A DNA stretch of 64,000 nucleotides from Geosiphon pyriformis uo1 (taxonomy: Eukaryota; Fungi; Glomeromycota), in NCBI GenBank assembly GCA_016748015.1, contig JAAOMT010000566.1:358912-422911 (forward strand), written 5' to 3'. Each line of letters opens with the position of its first letter. Positions within the stretch are counted from its first letter, which is position 1. Of this stretch, positions 13,201-27,240 are shown in pieces. Made by a program: the position numbers and the translations under genes. The notes under the pieces are model-generated. The model did no database searches. It was not told where the DNA came from and saw only the letters and a program-made list of their open reading frames with translations.

Positions 13201-16200
13201 GCTTTACAAATTTCTTTAAAAAATAGAATGGTAATTGTTTTTGGTAATCTAAGAATCTGATAAAATTTATTTTGTATGTTGAAAGCTATATTTATTGGAA
13301 CTGTAAATTGTTCAGTTGATCAAAAATTTCGAGTTTTTTTTTTGCCAAGTTTTTCTTAATTCCTAACTAATTGCAAATCCGAAATTTTAATTAAAGGCAA
13401 ATAGATAGCTTAAACAATTTTTTTAGCATGTTTAATTTTGAATGGCTTTTTGGTTTCATTTTAAAGCATTACTGTAATGTTTTCAATATATTCTGCATCT
13501 ATAATTTTTTTTTAATATTGATTTTTTGCTTGCTAATAATGATTAAGAAGCAATTTGTACTATTATTTCTGATAAAATTTTCAAAGCAATTTTTAGATTG
13601 ATTTTTGTGAGTAATTTTGGTTTTAAAGTAAAATTTTTTTTTCCTGGATATTGAAGATTATATTTTACATTAATTTCGTGGGCTTTTTCTGGCTTGATTT
13701 TTTGTCTATTGTTAAAATATTTCAATTGTAAATTAGGCTGATTTTTGGTAAGATAGATAAAAGTGATTAAAATTTCTGTTTGTGCTTTTTGTGGTCCAAA
13801 TTCAATTTCATCTTGGTTGTTTTCAATGAATAATAGTATATTAATTACATAATATTCAAAACACTATTGGTTATTACAAAAAATAATATATTTTTTGCAA
13901 AGCTAAATGTTTATTTGTTCTAATTATTGAATTTGGATTTTTTTTGAAGAGTAGACATAACTGAAGATAAAATGGTAAATTTCAATTTTGTTTTCATAGT
14001 TAAATTTAGCTAATTTTATAATGTATTTAATATATTATGCTTTTTTTATTTAAAAAACATTTTTTTTAGTTCTTTTATTAATTAGAACTATTGTAAATTT
14101 ATAGATTATTTCAGTATTATATAGATAATAATATAGTTTATTAAAAACACTGTTATATACTGCTGTAAAAAAATGTTCTTTTTTTTACTTTTTCAGAAAT
14201 AAAAAGAGCATATTAACAGATTTGTTTCTCTTTTTATTATAATATTAATCCAATTATATTCTTTAAGTAATAATTTTTTACATATAAAACAAAGTATATT
14301 GTCTTATTTTTTATTTTATTTAGAGCTGCTAAATTGTTCTTTAAAACAAATTTTATATTTTTCTTTAAGTAAAATACAAGCTTCTATGGATAAAAATCTT
14401 TTGTTATAATCTTTGTATTTAAGTAAAATGTATATTAGTTGTTTTTTTGGTTGTAGTTTCAAATAGAGAACATACTAATTATCAGTTTGTTTATTTATTA
14501 TTGTTGATTAAAATTTTTAATTATAATATTAATTGTGATTTAAGTTAATTAAATAATTTTTGTTCTGTTTTTTCAGTCTAATTAAACCAAAAGTTGAGTG
14601 TTATATACGTTTTAATAATCTGTTTTTTTCTTCTTTTAATTCAAAAACTGGAACTTTTTTAAATTGTTTATTGAAAGTATTATAAGTAATAAGTACTTTG
14701 GTATATTGTTTTTAATATAAAATCTTTAATTCTTAGATTTTCAATATAAATTTGCATTAGTCTAAAGAAGTTAATTATTTTTAACAAGAACTTAATATTA
14801 AAATATATTTATTATAAAAACTTTGATTGGAATAATAATTTCATTAATTATGAAAAAAATTTATTAATTTTTTTTATAGAAATCTTTTTTATATTATTGA
14901 CAGTATTAATTGCTTTTTGTTTTAAAGCTGTTGTATTGCTGAATAAGAAAAATGATTTATTGGCTTCGAATTTAAATAGAAAAATGTTCGAGATATTGGC
15001 ATTGTTAGCTATTTTTGCTGATAGAATTATAGTGTTGTTGGAAAAAAAATTTTGTCATTATACTATAATTCTATTTTTTAAAAATACAGTATGATAAAAA
15101 TCCTGGTCTTTAAATATTATAAAATAGCTGGATTGTATATAAAAGTGTTTAAATAACTGTTAATTATTATTGTAAAGTACCAATTAATTATTAAAATCAA
15201 ATCTGTTATTGCTAATAAGAAAGCAATTATGTAATATAAATTAGTTAAGTTGAACCAATTTTTTTGCTAATAGTTAATAATTTTAAGTTAAAAGTAATTA
15301 AGAATACTATTGTTATGATAAGACAAATTAATAATAACTAAGTTAAGATTTTGGTAAATAGTAAGTAGATAGTAATAAATTATATAATTATTGTTGTAAT
15401 AAAGAATAATATTGACTATTCTGTCTTTGCTAATTTCTTTGCATTTTTTGTAATCATATTTTTAATGTTTGAAAATTTTATAATAATAACAATTTAATTG
15501 TTAAAATTGGTTATTATTGAATAATAATAAGTTTTTTTGGTTTTATTATTAAAATAATTAGTATTTTTATTGTTAATTAGCAAAGTATGTTTTAACTTTT
15601 TTGGTAAGTTGATTAATTTTTTCTTTTGTTGTTAAACTGGTTTTTTTAATTACAAAATTAACATGGTTGGTTTGCTTTTTCTATAGTTATTTCATAGTTC
15701 TTAGCATGTTAAATAATAGTGGCTAAATCTGTTGAAGCATATAATTAAACTTTTTTTAATAAGTTTGTCTTTGAATCTAATATAAATTAATCTAATATTT
15801 AAATATCAGAGTAGTAAACATTTGTTTTTAATTGTTGAATTCTTCTAAAAAATTTGTTAAACTTCTTAATATAAGTTATAACAGATTTAAATAGTTTTTG
15901 TTTGATATTTTGGAAATAATTTTGAAGAGTAATTAAAATATTGTTTTTAATAAACTGTTAAAAAAAACAGTGTTAAAAGTTTGCCAATTAACAAAAAAGT
16001 TGGCTAAGTTTTCAAACTATTTGTCTGTAGTTCTTTTGAAGAAATAAAAAATTGTTTGTAATATTTTTATTGTATTCTATCTATTTGTATCTTCTGTTTT
16101 GATAATTTAATCAAGCCATTCTTAAAAATTAGTCTCAAAAAAACCGGAAATTTTTGCAATATAAGCAATAATCATTTTTATTATTATTTGTGGTCTTTTT

Positions 16201-16300
16201 TTTTCTTTATTTTTTTTTTTAATATATTCAGAAATATTTTTTTTATTGGCTAATATTTCTGAATGTTTATTCTAGTTTTTTGCTAAATAATCAAAAAAAT
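10300..16300 (-). mobile_element. Degenerate Ty3/Gypsy LTR retrotransposon (RT, RNase H and integrase remnants; gag/protease presumed upstream)
   Basis: Minus-strand translations: RT YEFNVMFFKLCNAPTTF*QFMD...IYPNNINVY (~12390-12260); RNase H QKAFNILKK...FQLATD...YVSRTLKPTKKNY.AIELE...FDIITD (11937-11620); integrase FD*ININLIGPLLITT.RNQYIVITVDYLTK*FKARAI (~11035-10920). RT-RH-IN order is Gypsy. LTRs not identified; ends approximate. Confidence 0.9.
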
Positions 16301-19004
16301 TAATGTTAATATGAATTAGTTTTGGCTAGTCAATAGAACTTTTGGTAAAGTTTTCTGGTTTTAAAAATTGATTAAAAAGTCAATTAAGTAGTTATACTTA
16401 AGCAAATAAAGCTAGAAAAAATGTGATTAAAAATGACAATTTAGTACTTGTTTTTTATTCAGGTGTTTACAAGTATTTGAATATTGTTTTTGGTATGTTA
16501 GAAGTTATGTAAACTGGTCTGTTGTTTTTCTGTTTGCTTTTGTTGCTGATTTTAAATTCAGACTCAAGTTTAAGAATAAATTGTAAATTAGCAAAGTATT
16601 TTTCTTTACAAAACTTAAAAATATTGTAGTTAAGTTCTTTAAAATAAGTAATATAAGCATCTGCACTAATATTTTCTGAATTTCTATTTGAATAATAAAA
16701 AAAGTTTTAATTGTAATAGTATTATTTAATATAATTATTTTTAAGAAATTATTTTCAATTGTAAAAACAAAACATATTGTGTTTTAATATATTTTATTTA
16801 ATTACATTATAATATAAAGTTAAATTAATAATATAAAATATAATTTTTATATTTTAATAATATCTAAAAAATTATTAACTAAAAAAAATTTGTATCTTAT
16901 AATTAAACATGTTTTATTTTTTAATTATTTAATTTTAACTGTTATTAAAAACAGAATATTGTTTTTTTAAAATTAATATTTTTTTAATATTATGTTATTA
17001 AAACTGGTATTTTTTAAATATTGGGATTGTTATAAATATTAAAATTTAATTTAATTGGCTTTAAATTGTAAAACTGTTTTTTTAGTTTAAATAAAACACT
17101 TTTAAGTTAGCTGTTATGTTTAAAGTTACAAATTAATTTGTAAATTTAATTTGTTGTACTTAGATTATTATTCAGTTTGTTGTGTTTTATTTTGTAGTAT
17201 TTAACATTAAATTTGAAATTTGAATTAAATTTTTGTAATTACGAATATAAATCTTTATTTGATTAAATTAATAATACAATCTATTAGTATTTTAATAGCA
17301 CAAATTTTAAATCTAATATATATATAAAATTTAATAAAAAATATCACACTTTAAATAAGTGAGTTTTTTGAAATAATATAATTTAAATTACTTAGAAATA
17401 AAATAGATACAAAAAAATTATTTTTAAATACTTAACTCACTGTAGTTTTAATATAAATTTGATTTTAAACAATTGTAATATATATTATAAATTAATCAAT
17501 TAATAATTAATTGGTAATTTCTATTGAAGTTTATAAGAAAATAACTTATTTTTTTAATATTATTTTGTATATTTTAATAATTTATACAGTCTATTTTATA
17601 ATTTTAATTTGAATTAATTAAGTATATAACTAGCAAACTTTTAATTTCAAAAATTTATTAAAATAAATAAACCAAAATTAATTATATTAAATTTTTGTTT
17701 TATATCAAATAATTTAAATATAATAATAAATTATTAAATTATATTAAGCATTTTTGTTAATTTAAAGATTTATATTAGTACATTTAAATATTTAAAGATA
17801 TTTTGTTTCAAAAAGTTACTAGTTTTGTTTAATTTATAATTTCAAAAGTATTTAAGAATGTTTGTTTGTTATTATTTATTTATGAATACAAGAATTCAAA
17901 ATATATAAAAAATTTGATAAAATTATTTTATTTGTATATTATAAATTAAATAATAATATCTTAAGTTTTTTTTATTTCCGTTATAAATTTAACAATCATA
18001 TAAAAGATGCTAAAGAATACAACTTTATATATACTTAAAAAGAAGGTTCTTTTCATTAATATAACTTTCATTATTATTATTATTATTTAAATATTTACAG
18101 TTATATGATATTAAAATTAATTAATTATTTTTAAAAACTTATAGCCTAATTTTTTATATTTTAAAATATAAATATAAATGTTTGATTAGCATAAATCAGG
18201 TGAATGTTTATAACAAAGCTATTATAAATAAAAAATCCATGACTTTTCTCAATTATCTTTACTGTACAAACTTGAAATTATATTAAATATATGCAACTTG
18301 GACAAAACCAAAGAATTTTATTCCATCACCGTATGATGAGATTGTAAAAAGATGAATTCATCTGATTCAAGTTTTTTTGAGTAAATTGGTAAAACTAGCG
18401 TTAATTAGAAATCATGCATTTAACTTTTGCGCTCATTATCACATTAATTAAAAACTTTATAAACCAAAGATTCCATTATCCGAAGCATTCAACTTCGGAT
18501 TAACGATAGTCACCATATACATCATTTGAATATTCTTTTAGCTTAAATTATCTTACTTATTAAATTTCAAAACTTTTCTTAATTCACCTAAACAAGAACT
18601 CTTTTACTAATTTTATTTTCTCAGTAAGAAAAAAAACATTTAATTGCTCAGGAATGGTTAGATCCTTAAAAAATTTATGTTCGAAAGTATTTTCTTTAAT
18701 TTCAAATCAGCATTTATTCTTATTTTACTGATTTCATTTGGGGGGGAGATTATTTTAGAACGAAAAAGCCTAAACATTTTAGATCTGCTATTCAATACCC
18801 TAAAAGAGTTTTGTGAATCTTCTAGAACAACATATGAGAAAAACAGGTTAATTTAGCAGATATCTCAGGTGATTTATAAATTACCTTGGCCTATTGGCTT
18901 AAATACATGTACTCAAGATCACCACAAATTACTCGTAAATTGTTAATAAAAACAAAAAATTGTGTCCTACTATCTACTTAACACTAAATCTTGACTGCAA
19001 AATA

Positions 19005-19799
19005 ATGTCATCCAATACTCCAATCCAAAATCAAACATTTCCACAAAAACCAATAATTCCTGTTCTTCTTTGCGCAAATCTCAAATGTACATGGGGTGAT
19101 TGCGATTTCGAATCAAAATATTTTGAAATGATGCGTCAACACATCATCGAACATCATTTGCCCACTTTTCAACCTGTGAACGTATACCCGTGTCAATGGG
19201 CTGATTGCAAACAGTATTTTGGAACGATTGTTGAAATGGCTAAACATGTTGATGAGGTACATTTGGCACCTCCCGTTGAAAAAGATGAATTTGATCGTAA
19301 ATTTGAAGGAATATCTGTTAGAGAGGTGGGAAGAACAATTTTTTTATTTTTAGAGGAAAACATGTTTGATATTCGAATGATGAAAGATTGAAATAAAGAT
19401 ATTCTCGAAACGATTAACAGAAAGTCAAGATTTTGGATGAGGAGAATAAAAAACTTCACGACGAAATTCAAAAACTACAACGACAAAACATTGATCTCGC
19501 CACTGATCATAAAATTGCAAAAGTCAACTTTCAGCAAACCCAAGATGAGATAAATTTTGTTTGGGATATTGGTAAGATTCATCAACAGCAGAACAGAGAA
19601 ACTGATAATGCCGCTACGTTAAAGTTATTAGATAAAAGGTTCGGTGGCTCTAGATCTTTTGAAAAAATGACAAGCGGGAAACGTAATTTGCAGAATTCTT
19701 AATCTTGAATTGTTGAAATCGGGGCAAGAAGATTTTTACGTAAAATTTGAAATACCTTCAAGTGGCGCCATAACGTTTAGCCTCCCTCTAATATACTAA
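19005..19799 (+). CDS. Tandem C2H2 zinc-finger (CxWxxC type) plus coiled-coil protein. Exons 19005-19325, 19421-19638, probably 19694-19799; 3' structure uncertain
   Basis: CTWGDC-x12-HIIEHH and CQWADC-x12-HVDEVH fingers. A phase-0 GT-AG intron (19326-19420) joins to heptad-like KVKILDEENKKLHDEIQKLQRQNIDL. A 55-nt intron would continue LDKRILNLELLK; otherwise the stop is at 19702. Confidence 0.75.
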
Positions 19800-20553
19800 T
19801 CAGTCTGGGAGAATAGCGCATTTTTGGCCAATTCTGAGAATATTCAGGTTGATTTGAATGTAAATCGGTTTGTATAATTTTCAATATTTATATTACAAAT
19901 CAGGTACTTAGTTGATAATGGAGATTGAAAAAATTCTTTGGCCCTCTTAAATGGTTTCTTCTTTCATATTTGCAGGGATGTGAAAAATACAGAGGTCCCA
20001 GATTTATTCTATAAATCAATCTCAAACTATCGCATCCAAAATGGAAACATAAATTAACCTCTTATTATGTAGCTGCAGAGAAAGTTGTCATAATGAGGAA
20101 AGAAGCAATCCCTTCCGAATTTAGGTAGTTGACAACTTAATCAGTTTCCCACTCACTTGATTTTACAAAAATATTAATGCAGGTGATTTGAAGATTGGTT
20201 TCTTTTTTGTTGATTATAAGCTCCCTTTTTAATCATGCTCTAAATAATCTTGTCAAGAATAAAAAAACTGAGGGCGATGAAAAAAAACCCATACGACTAA
20301 TAAAGTGGTCAATTAATCTATGAATTTATTTCAAGGTTACAGAACTAAACTGTCGATAATTTTTACTCATTGTGCACGTATAGACGCTTGGATTTTGAAA
20401 ACCAGACATTAGAAGGAAAAATATTGTTGAAATCTTCATTTTTATCTAATGAAGGTACCAGACGAGACAAAAAATTTACAACTCTTGAAATTTTGAAATG
20501 AAAATGTTACACGAGCCCTCAAAACTGAAAACCTCCAATTCTCTGAAAAATCT

Positions 20554-21885
20554 TTATTTTGGGCATTTTCCCATCAAGTGTCCAAAGTATGGACCAAAAT
20601 GAGCCCTTTCTCCCTCAGTGGTTGTTTTAGCATTACATTGCTGAAAAAGAAAATTAGGTATTCCTATTAAAAGTCTGCTTTTTTGAAGTTTTTGCAGATG
20701 CTTGCTTACCGAGCTTTCAGTAGGAACTCCAAGAATAAGTGGGCCTTCACAAAGATATACAATTTGTTCCATTTCACTACAATCACAGTCTCCATCAATC
20801 CAAATTTCATAGGGAGTCTGAACTGTAGGACCGGGAAGCTTTGGCACAAAATCATCTGAATGCGTGATACGCCAAGATTCAAGTTTCTGCAACTTAATTA
20901 GGCTACCAATTTTTCTTGAGAATTCTAGATTTCCAATTGGTGGTTGCCCATATGTGAAAACATGGACTTTAAGATCTTTCAGTAGATGCCGAAAGCTGAG
21001 AGCTGAAAATAGTGCAAATACTGTGTGTAGAAAAAAACCCAAACATTATTTAATGTAGCATGTCAAAGATTTCTTGTTTTAGAGGTAGAGTAATAATTTT
21101 ATGAAAAATATTACCGCCACCTAAACCATGACCTGTGAATGTGATGGTGTTAAAACGTTGATAAATTTTGAGATTATTGGAGGCTGCCGTGATTAAATTT
21201 CGTAGAGCAACAACGCCACTCAAAAAAATGGTGAAATATGACTCTTCAACTTGAGCATCTGGCGCACCGTCAAAGTATGTCATGCGGTACATCATGTTTT
21301 TCCATTGTTCACGAGTTGGGACAGAGTTTCTTGATACTGTTGTCCGGTTAAAAACAAAACTTGTGCCTCGGAAATATATAATCAAATCTTTGCGAAAATG
21401 GTTTCTTTTGAGTATCTTAGCTTTAGCTTTCGTAATATATGGGAAATTAAGTTAATAAAATCGATTTATCTTTAGAGTTAAAAAAAATCTTTTGATTTAC
21501 CTAAAAATCCTGGGGTCATTTCATCTTGTAGGGTTAAACAGTATGCTAAACTAGAATAAGAGGCAAAATTTTTAAATTTATTTAGCATAACATAATCAGC
21601 AGGACCAAAAGGAACTTTCTGTCCCCTCCAATTTTGATTATAATTAATACTGATTGAATTTCTTTCTAGTTGTTTTGTGTTAGTATATCTTTTAGAAAGC
21701 TGGGATGAATTAGATAAAAGTAATGGTTCCAATAAATCTCCTTGTAATATTTTTATAGAATTTAGATTATTTTTATAAAGTTCATAAATTAATGAAAATT
21801 TTATCATAATCGTCATCATTATAATAATAATAATAATAATAATAATCATAATAATAATAATAATCAAGGATAGAAGTCTTTTCAT
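20554..21885 (-). CDS. Secreted class-3 lipase homologue with GHGLGG in place of GHSLGG. Exons 21885-21501, ~21426-21115, 21020-20710, 20640-20554
   Basis: Hydrophobic N-terminus; ASYSSLAYC; IIYFRGTS; TFTGHGLGGVFA; VFTYGQPPIGNLEF; RITHSDDFVPKLP; HFGPYFG...C. Three GT-AG introns with compatible phases; the exon 2 acceptor is one of two in-phase AGs 6 nt apart. Confidence 0.9.
21819..21864. repeat. (ATT)n microsatellite inside lipase exon 1, encoding poly-Ile
   Basis: Imperfect ATA/ATT trinucleotide run that reads IIIIIMIIIIIIIII on the minus strand. Confidence 0.9.
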
Positions 21886-22091
21886 CGTAACAATCTAAAT
21901 CTTGGGGGAGCTTCGAGAGGTACATGATAATTTTCAGCTTCTTTAATATCTGAGTTGTAAGGGAAATTAGGCATTTTTGCATATAATAAATATTTTATCA
22001 AACAAAAACAAATAATATCTCTTGATCTCCATTTCGCAAAATTATTTTTCCATCCTTATGAGATAAAAATTAGGACATTTATTTTATTACC

Positions 22092-22117
22092 ATTATTATT
22101 ATCATTATTATTATTAG

Positions 22118-22150
<33 letters not shown>
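22092..22150. repeat. Imperfect (ATT)n microsatellite
   Basis: Directly visible ATT run with occasional ATC/AGT units. Confidence 0.85.
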
Positions 22151-23379
22151 GGGAAAAATCAATCGAGTGCTGAACAAATCTGGATTATTAAGTAGGGCAT
22201 TAGGAATAATTAGATTTGCCTTGTTAAATATGATATCTACCATCCTAAAGTTAAGTTCATTTTAGGTGATTAGTAGGGTAATCTGTTCATCTTGAATATT
22301 TGCTAAACTTTCTGCCAAAAAGTAATTATAAAAAATATGTATTTATTAGGCTTTAATTCTTTTTTCATTGAGAAACTTGGAAAATAATGATTATAAAGCT
22401 CACTTAATTGATCATAGAAAATTTTCAAGAAACTTCTCGAGATCTAAATAATCTAACATTATCCTTTCTGTGTCAAAAAATTTGATCCTATTTTAGAATT
22501 CATTTAGAAAAAATTGGAATATATTACAATAACAAGTTTGACCATTTCCAAGTAAGGTATCCACTCCTCATTGACGATTTTTATTTTGTACCTCGTGCGC
22601 CATTTATTAATCAAGTATATTGTTATATCTCAAGAATGGCCACGATTTTCAAGTTTGAATTGTACATGTAAATGTATGAAATTATCAATAAAGTTGCCTA
22701 TCGATCGACCACAAGATTAAATCGGGAGGTTTCTAAATTGAAGTAAAAAATTTGCCTTTTTTAAAAAAAGTTTAATCTTGTTATTTTCTTGGTTTCAATT
22801 AAAATATGCCAAGAAATCAACAAATCGAAAAAATAACGCATTTTCTAGACTTTGCTTTTTATGGTTCAAAGTATTTTATCATATTCAGAAAATGAGCAGG
22901 ATGTTATGCAAAAATCATTGCTTATTAGAATCTGCTTAATTAAAAAAAATTTCAAATCCATTAAAAAGGATCAAAATTTTTTTTGACATATCCATAATTA
23001 AATTAGATGAAAGGTATTCTATTTTTTCCTATTTTAAGATTATATTTGTGTTTGAAGTTTTTTTTTGTTTTTTGCATAAAGTTATTCGTATTTTTAACAG
23101 CTATCCATATTTTTTAAAAAAAAACAGAAATGTGAATTATTTAAAGTGTCTATATTATTCATAGTTTTTAGATTGTATTTGAAGAATAATTCTAATTTCG
23201 AGAAATTTTCTTCTTTCCAATTAAATATAAAACAATTCATTTGTAAATTTTCACAACAGTTACACAACCTGTATCAAAATATTAAACTTATTGATTATGA
23301 GCTTTGAATTTAATAGAAACAAGATACAACTTATATTATATGAGATTTTAAAAAGATATCAAACAACCATTGGGAAAAA

Positions 23380-24100
23380 CTTTTTCTGCTGTTTCAAATC
23401 AAATCTTATTTTATAAAAAATCAGGAAATTGGAATTTCTGATGTTTTATCTTTAAAAACAATTGTGCCAACAAAATTTTCGGGCAAAAGAGATTCCAAAG
23501 CTATAAAATTAGGTTAATATATTCATAAAAACTTTATTTTTCTGCAATAAATTGCTATTAAACTAGATACAGAGAGAGTAGAAATTTCATATCGCACAAT
23601 TGGCAGACATTTAAAATCACTTGGATATATGAAAAAACCTAAAAATTACTACGCCCTTGGTCATGCAAGTTCAAAAGTAGAAACGTGTTGCAAATTTCAT
23701 CTTAATTATAGCTAGAAAAAACCTTATCTTCGGATGAACATTGATAAAAGAGAAAATGGGCAATTCGTCCAAGATCCAAAAGATCTTACAATTTTTTTGC
23801 ATGGGACGGTTTTTGTATGAAGGGAAAACCCAATTTATTTTGTTTTTGGCATGTCATGGATGCTAGGTTTTATCTTGAAATTTTCCCTAACATGTTGGAA
23901 AAGTTAATGGAATACTTGGGAAGAAGTGGCGTTCCAACAGGATAACAATTCTGAGCATATAAGTTAAATAGCGAAGGCATTTTTTGAAGTAAAAGAAAAC
24001 AAATGCTGCAAAATATAAATGATTGAAAAATGGGTGCAAATCAATTTAGTAAATTTAATGTTACACCGATCGATTTACAAAGTTATGAACTTTTTTATCC
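23380..24100 (+). mobile_element. Tc1/mariner-like transposase pseudogene
   Basis: Fragmented motifs RTIGRHLKSLGY (~23593), SDE (~23729), AWDGF..KGK (~23800), MDARFYLEI (~23857), and WR-QQDNNSEHIS (~23927-23965; compare WRFQQDNDPKHTS). Multiple frameshifts and deletions; TIRs not found. Confidence 0.75.
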
Positions 24101-27100
24101 AAGTAATATGTAAGCAATGATTTGAGCAATGGTCACCGAACCAACAACACGGCGAGTTTTTTTTGTTCTTTTACTAACTTAATATTTTTATTATAATAAT
24201 TTTATTTTATTTCTCTTTAATAAAATGTTTTTTTATTTTTTTAGTAAATTATTTTATAAGTGTTAACAAATATTGTAAAAATCAATTTAAAAGTTTATAA
24301 TTTAAATATAAAATTAACTGGTATTACAATTTACAAAAAAATATTATATTTAAGCATCTATAAAGTACTATTTTCTTATATTAGCTAAAAAATCATGATA
24401 AACAGACTTGTAGCTTATTTTTGCTGGCAAAAAATAATTAATAAGTTATAGAATTAACATTATTTGACTAAATTAAATTTGTAAACTTAAATATACTTAA
24501 AATTTTTACTGTAATAATCATATTTATATTAATATTTTTATTAGACATCTTTTTTTATTGCTGTAAACTTAAAAAAAAATTTTCATTAAATGTTTTTAAG
24601 ATAATTGTAACTGTTAATCAATAAGTTAAATAACCAATATTTAATTAAATTAAATAATTATTTGTAATTCTCATTTACATATTTAATGAAAAAAATTTAA
24701 GCATTGTAAACTAATAATTGAACTTATAAAGTAATAATAAAATAGATTAATTAATTGAAAAGTAAAATAATAATTGGTAAACTATTAAAAATAAGATATT
24801 TTAATTATAGTAATACAATAAGTTACATAAAAATAATCAAATATGGTATCCAAATAAGAGCTTTAAATAAATATAAATTTATATAATAAATCTTAATATT
24901 AACCAATTTATTAATTATCACTAAATAATTTTGATTTTTTTATATTATTTAGCTTTTTTTTGTTTTTTTAATTATAAAATAATTCATTAAAATCTGTAAA
25001 TATTTTTATTGCTAATTTTGTTATAACATAGTACAATTAATATGAAACATAAAAATATATTATTATTTTAAACAATAAATAATTTTTTATTGACTTAAGT
25101 TTATTTTAAAAACATTTTTATTAATTAAAATTTAATTTAAAAGTATTATAAAATTTGTAAAAATTCACTGAAATTCCCATTTATTTAAAAATTTATTAGT
25201 GTCTTAATAAAAAAAAGTATTAAAATACATAAAAACAAGTTATCTTTTTAAAAAATATTTTATAACAGAATAATAGTTTTAATATTTAAAAAAAATATAA
25301 TTTATTAAAACAAATTTCTTTTAACCAAACTATTATTAATAAAAAAAAATTCTTGTTAAAAATAAATAATTTTACTATTATTTAATTCTTAACTTTAAAT
25401 ATTAAGTTCAAAATAAGTAACTATTTTTATTAAAACTTTTTTTGTAAAGAAACATATATTTTTAAAAAAATATTTAAGCTAATAGCAGAAATCAAAAATA
25501 AAATTATTATTTATTATAATTTAAACTATTTATAAAAATAATACTTAAATACTAATACTTATAATTAACTTAAAATTTAGAGTTTTAATAATCTAGAAAA
25601 TAATCTTTGAACAAATTATTAATTTTTTTGCTATTTTTAAAGTTACCAAATTTTATGATTAAGAGAAAATACTGTTTATATAAAAAAACAAAAACACATT
25701 ATTAAACATCTCAAAATTTGCAATCTTTAAGAAAAACACAATTAAAAATATAAATTTTTGGAAATTTTCCTTAAAAATAATTAGCAATTCTAATAAAAAT
25801 AATTAAAAACATTATTTATTTTATTTAAAAACCTATAAAACCAATTTCCAAATCAACAATAATAAAAAACTATATAAACGAAAATTTAAAAATCTTTATA
25901 TATTCAAAATTATTCTAAAAAACTGTATATGTTTATTAAGTTTATTTTACTGTTAATCGTAAATATATAAATGTTTTTTATAATTTGATATTTGTTAACT
26001 TTTTTTTTCAAATTTCAATAAAATAAAATAAAATTAAGAAATAAATTATATTATAAATAATATATAAAATAACTATAATCTAACAATTTATTAATTGTTT
26101 AAATTATTATACAATAGCACTTTTTTCATTTTTAACAAACAGTAATTGCTATTTACAACAAAATTATCTGCAAAAATACTGGTTTGTAATCTTTTAACAT
26201 ATAAGCTAAACAAAATTTTTACTTTAAAACAATTATTTATAATAGGATTTGCTAATGTGTCTTGTGAAAATTTTTAATTTAATTACAAGCATACTATAAA
26301 TGTTATGTTTATGTATTTTTAATACTTTTTTTTAAGAACAAAGATGTTCTAATCAAAACATTTTCTTATTTTAATGGTTTTTAATTCCAATAAGCTCAAG
26401 AAAAAATGGTTGTATATATAATAAAAATTTTTCAAACAAGTTACTAATGATGTCACATATTCACTTTGTCTGGTTTTGTTGCAGTAAATCCTAAATGAAA
26501 TTCTTTATAAAAAAACATAATGGTTTGCAGCATATTAAAATGCTTACAATTAAACCATTTTAGATTTTAGAACATTCTGAAAAAAAACTTGACTTTTTAG
26601 AAAGAACTTAATACCCAGATGAAGTAAATGTTCATTGTAATCATTTTTAATAAACCCCAAATTAAACCTATTTTTAAATTAAAAATAACTGACTCTTCTT
26701 AAATGTGTCAAGTTCAAACTCTAAAGTTTGGAACTTGTGTTTATCATTTTTCATAACAGTTAAATTAGAAATTCCATTACACACAAAGAAGGTTTATTTG
26801 TCATATTGCACTTCCGAAACAATCCTGAAAGTTCAAATATTAAAAAAAATTATTTTGTTATTTAACATTGTTAGATTTTCTCGAATCGATTGATTAGAAG
26901 TGAACTTGGTTAGCTCAGCTTTATGAATTATCTTAAAGTAAAATATCGAATATTTTACTGCAACAAAAAATTCGATTAAAAATTCATTGTATCTAATATT
27001 TTTGATATATTTAAAATCGACTCAATAACTAGTCTTGCCTACCCACTCAAAGAGTTCATGATTGAGTTTTGACTTTCTTTTTAAAAAGATTATTGGCTGG

Positions 27101-27240
27101 CCTATGCGTGAAGAAATATTTGTAAAGAGCTTCTCATTTGTCAAAGTTTTAAAAAAAGATAAATTCATTTTCTTTTGATTCAAAGGTTAATCATTGATGC
27201 GTGGGTTCTAAAATTTTAACTGGCCGTGAAAATTTCTCAA

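Noticed and set aside
8500-17500. LTR pair for the Gypsy relic
   Set aside because: No convincing direct repeat, PBS or target-site duplication could be picked out by eye in the eroded sequence.
21782-21982. Poly-Tyr/Asp ORF
   Set aside because: Alternative frame of the ATT microsatellite; the poly-Ile frame is the one continuous with the lipase.
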